45,609 nt of DNA, taken from NCBI GenBank assembly GCA_964497545.1, contig CAZCCY010000004.1:1-45609 (forward strand). Reading direction: 5' to 3'. Positions 44,101 through 45,609 of this stretch are shown here, piece by piece; position 1 is the stretch's first letter; the number at the start of each line of letters is the position of its first letter. This stretch comes from an uncultured Methanosarcinales archaeon (lineage in GTDB: Archaea; Halobacteriota; Methanosarcinia; Methanosarcinales; CAZCCY01). The translations under genes were made by a program, and so were the position numbers. The notes under the pieces were generated by a model. That model made no database searches. It was given only the letters and a program-made list of their open reading frames with translations, and was not told the DNA's origin.

Positions 44101-45534
44101 TTATTCCACACAGCACGCCATCTCGTCCAGATCCTGCTCAAAACTCTGAGCCGACTTTTTTATCATCTCACTCAGGGTAGGAAACACATGGACCGTGTCC
44201 CGGATGTCCTGGATGGTCATCCGGTTCTCGATGGCATAAGTTGCAGTGGTGATGATGTCTGCTGCCAGGGGGCCTATTATGTGGACTCCTATTACCCTAC
44301 GGGTTTCTGGCTCCAGCACCATTCTGACAAGGCCGCGGGTGTCCCGGATGGCTGCAGCCTTCTCCACATGTTCCAGCTCCATGGTGGTGCAGAGACAGGT
44401 ATTGTGTTTTTCCCGGTATTCCTCCTCGGTGATTCCCACCGATGCAACCTCAGGCGAGGTGAAGACTGCCCTGGGTATGGTCTGATAGTTAATGGTTCTC
44501 CTGGCGTTTTCAAACATGTTGAGGACAGCAAAGTTGCCCTGTTTTGCTGCCACAGTTTCCAGGGGCATGATTCCGGTAACGTCCCCGGCAGCGAAAATGT
44601 GGCTCTGGCTGGTCTGCTGGTACTGGTTAACCTCCACAAACCCTTTGCTTGTGAGTTTCACCCCAGCCTTTTCGGTGTTCAGGTCCTGGGTGCGGGGGCT
44701 GAGGCCGGTGGCAAGCATCAACCTTTCTGCGGAAATCTCCCTTGTCTTGCCCTGGATTTCCACAATGGCTTTCACGCCTTTACCGGTTTTCTGGAGTTTC
44801 CTGGTGATGGCGTTGGTGTGGATGGTGATCCCCTCTTCCTCGAGATGTTTTTTCAGGGTTTCTCCCAGCAGGGGGTCCAGTTTGGGGAGGATCCTGCCAG
44901 AGCGCTGGAGCACGGTCACCTCAACATCGAAATGATGGAATATCTGGGAGAACTCCATGCCCAGGGGCCCCCCGCCCAGGATAATCACAGACTCTGGCGT
45001 CCTGTCCAGATTGAACACGTTAACGTTTGTGAGATAGTCGATGTCCTCTATCCCTTCTATTGGGGGTATGGCGGTGGAGGCTCCGGTGGCGATGAGAATG
45101 AAATCACCCTGGAACTCTTCCCCATCTGCCTGGACGGTGTGAGGGTCCAGAAACGAGGCATGTCCCTCCTTGAAGTCAATGTAATCCTGTTTCTGGATGA
45201 CATTGACATAGTTTTTCGCCTGGAATTCCGCTACCATCTCCCTGGTCTGCCTGAGGGCGTCCACAAAATCGGCTTCGCCTTCCAGTTTTATGGCTCTGAA
45301 CCTGCTCCTCTTGGAATAGTAGTATTCACTGCCCTGGTGCAGCATTATCTTGGAAGGGACACAACCCACATTGACGCATGTCCCGCCCAGGGGGAGGATG
45401 CCAGGGTTGTTGATGAGAAGTGTCCTCTTTTTGAGACGGTTTGCCTGGTTGGCAGCAGCAAAGCCTGCAGCCCCGCCACCCATGATTATCAGGTCATAGT
45501 TTTCCATGGAATATAACCCCATATCTCTAGCCAC
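44101..45534 (-). CDS. merA: Mercuric reductase-like pyridine nucleotide-disulfide oxidoreductase (core MerA, no NmerA domain)
   Basis: 477 aa. GGGAAGFAAA FAD motif, redox-active GGTCVNVGCVPSK, NAD-binding GGGPLGMEF and a C-terminal vicinal pair MACCVE as in MerA. The start is uncertain (GTG 45534, ATG 45522 or ATG 45507). A G5CT6-type T-run terminator lies downstream. Confidence 0.75.
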   Translation of the reverse strand: MARDMGLYSMENYDLIIMGGGAAGFAAANQANRLKKRTLLINNPGILPLGGTCVNVGCVPSKIMLHQGSEYYYSKRSRFRAIKLEGEADFVDALRQTREMVAEFQAKNYVNVIQKQDYIDFKEGHASFLDPHTVQADGEEFQGDFILIATGASTAIPPIEGIEDIDYLTNVNVFNLDRTPESVIILGGGPLGMEFSQIFHHFDVEVTVLQRSGRILPKLDPLLGETLKKHLEEEGITIHTNAITRKLQKTGKGVKAIVEIQGKTREISAERLMLATGLSPRTQDLNTEKAGVKLTSKGFVEVNQYQQTSQSHIFAAGDVTGIMPLETVAAKQGNFAVLNMFENARRTINYQTIPRAVFTSPEVASVGITEEEYREKHNTCLCTTMELEHVEKAAAIRDTRGLVRMVLEPETRRVIGVHIIGPLAADIITTATYAIENRMTIQDIRDTVHVFPTLSEMIKKSAQSFEQDLDEMACCVE

Positions 45535-45609
45535 GCCTCGAAGAGTATTAACTTTTTTTGCTTATTTTCGTATTCACCCTTCAACTTTTCGTCGCAAGGA
45601 GTCCCCTTC

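Noticed and set aside
44188-45516. 442-aa plus-strand ORF
   Set aside because: It is antisense to the MerA-like gene, which has clear FAD/NAD and redox-cysteine motifs. The antisense translation is low-complexity.
1-45609. CRISPR arrays, rRNA genes, transposases and integrases
   Set aside because: No regularly spaced direct repeats, no rRNA-like conserved segments, and no DDE, tyrosine or serine recombinase motifs were found in any reading frame inspected.

Overview
This is an archaeal chromosomal segment of roughly 50% GC. It is most consistent with a methane-metabolising Methanosarcinales/ANME-like euryarchaeon; that assignment is inferred from gene content only, with no database search. 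Supporting genes are the PolD large subunit, GatE, SepRS, SRP54, class V FBP aldolase/phosphatase, ThiDN, a putative methanogenesis marker 8 protein, an MCR component A2 (AtwA)-like double ABC ATPase, an intron-containing tRNA-Tyr with the archaeal C1-G72 pair, a PGF-CTERM surface protein and an 11-12-haem c-type cytochrome. Housekeeping and cofactor genes (purA, gatE, thiDN, rnhB, pncA/pncB, polD, srp54, fbp, cobS/cobY, hemC, sepS) are interspersed with accessory patches. These are a pRiA4b-ORF3-like gene in AT-rich flanks (1.2-2.6 kb), a signal peptidase / multihaem cytochrome / membrane protein operon (2.6-5.9 kb), an orphan CheR with a two-CW protein and a monohaem cytochrome (7.4-9.2 kb), VapBC (13.9-14.5 kb), an AT-richer HExxH protein patch (25-26.3 kb), a radical SAM/SPASM maturase with an untracked 57-aa Cys-containing ORF (33.7-35.1 kb), and a metal-resistance-like island (38.6-45.5 kb). 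The most notable observations are: (1) an ArsR-controlled operon with paired palindromic operators that joins MerTP/MerA-like mercury genes to an AtwA-like ATPase with a repeat-bearing C-terminal extension, a CC-ferredoxin and an unknown membrane protein; (2) the rSAM/SPASM maturase translationally coupled to the small ORF; (3) a three-module 4+4+4 cytochrome whose last site is CxxCK; (4) kb-scale blocks of opposite G+T versus A+C strand skew at synonymous sites, which flip inside intact genes such as polD. No CRISPR array, rRNA, transposase or integrase was seen.
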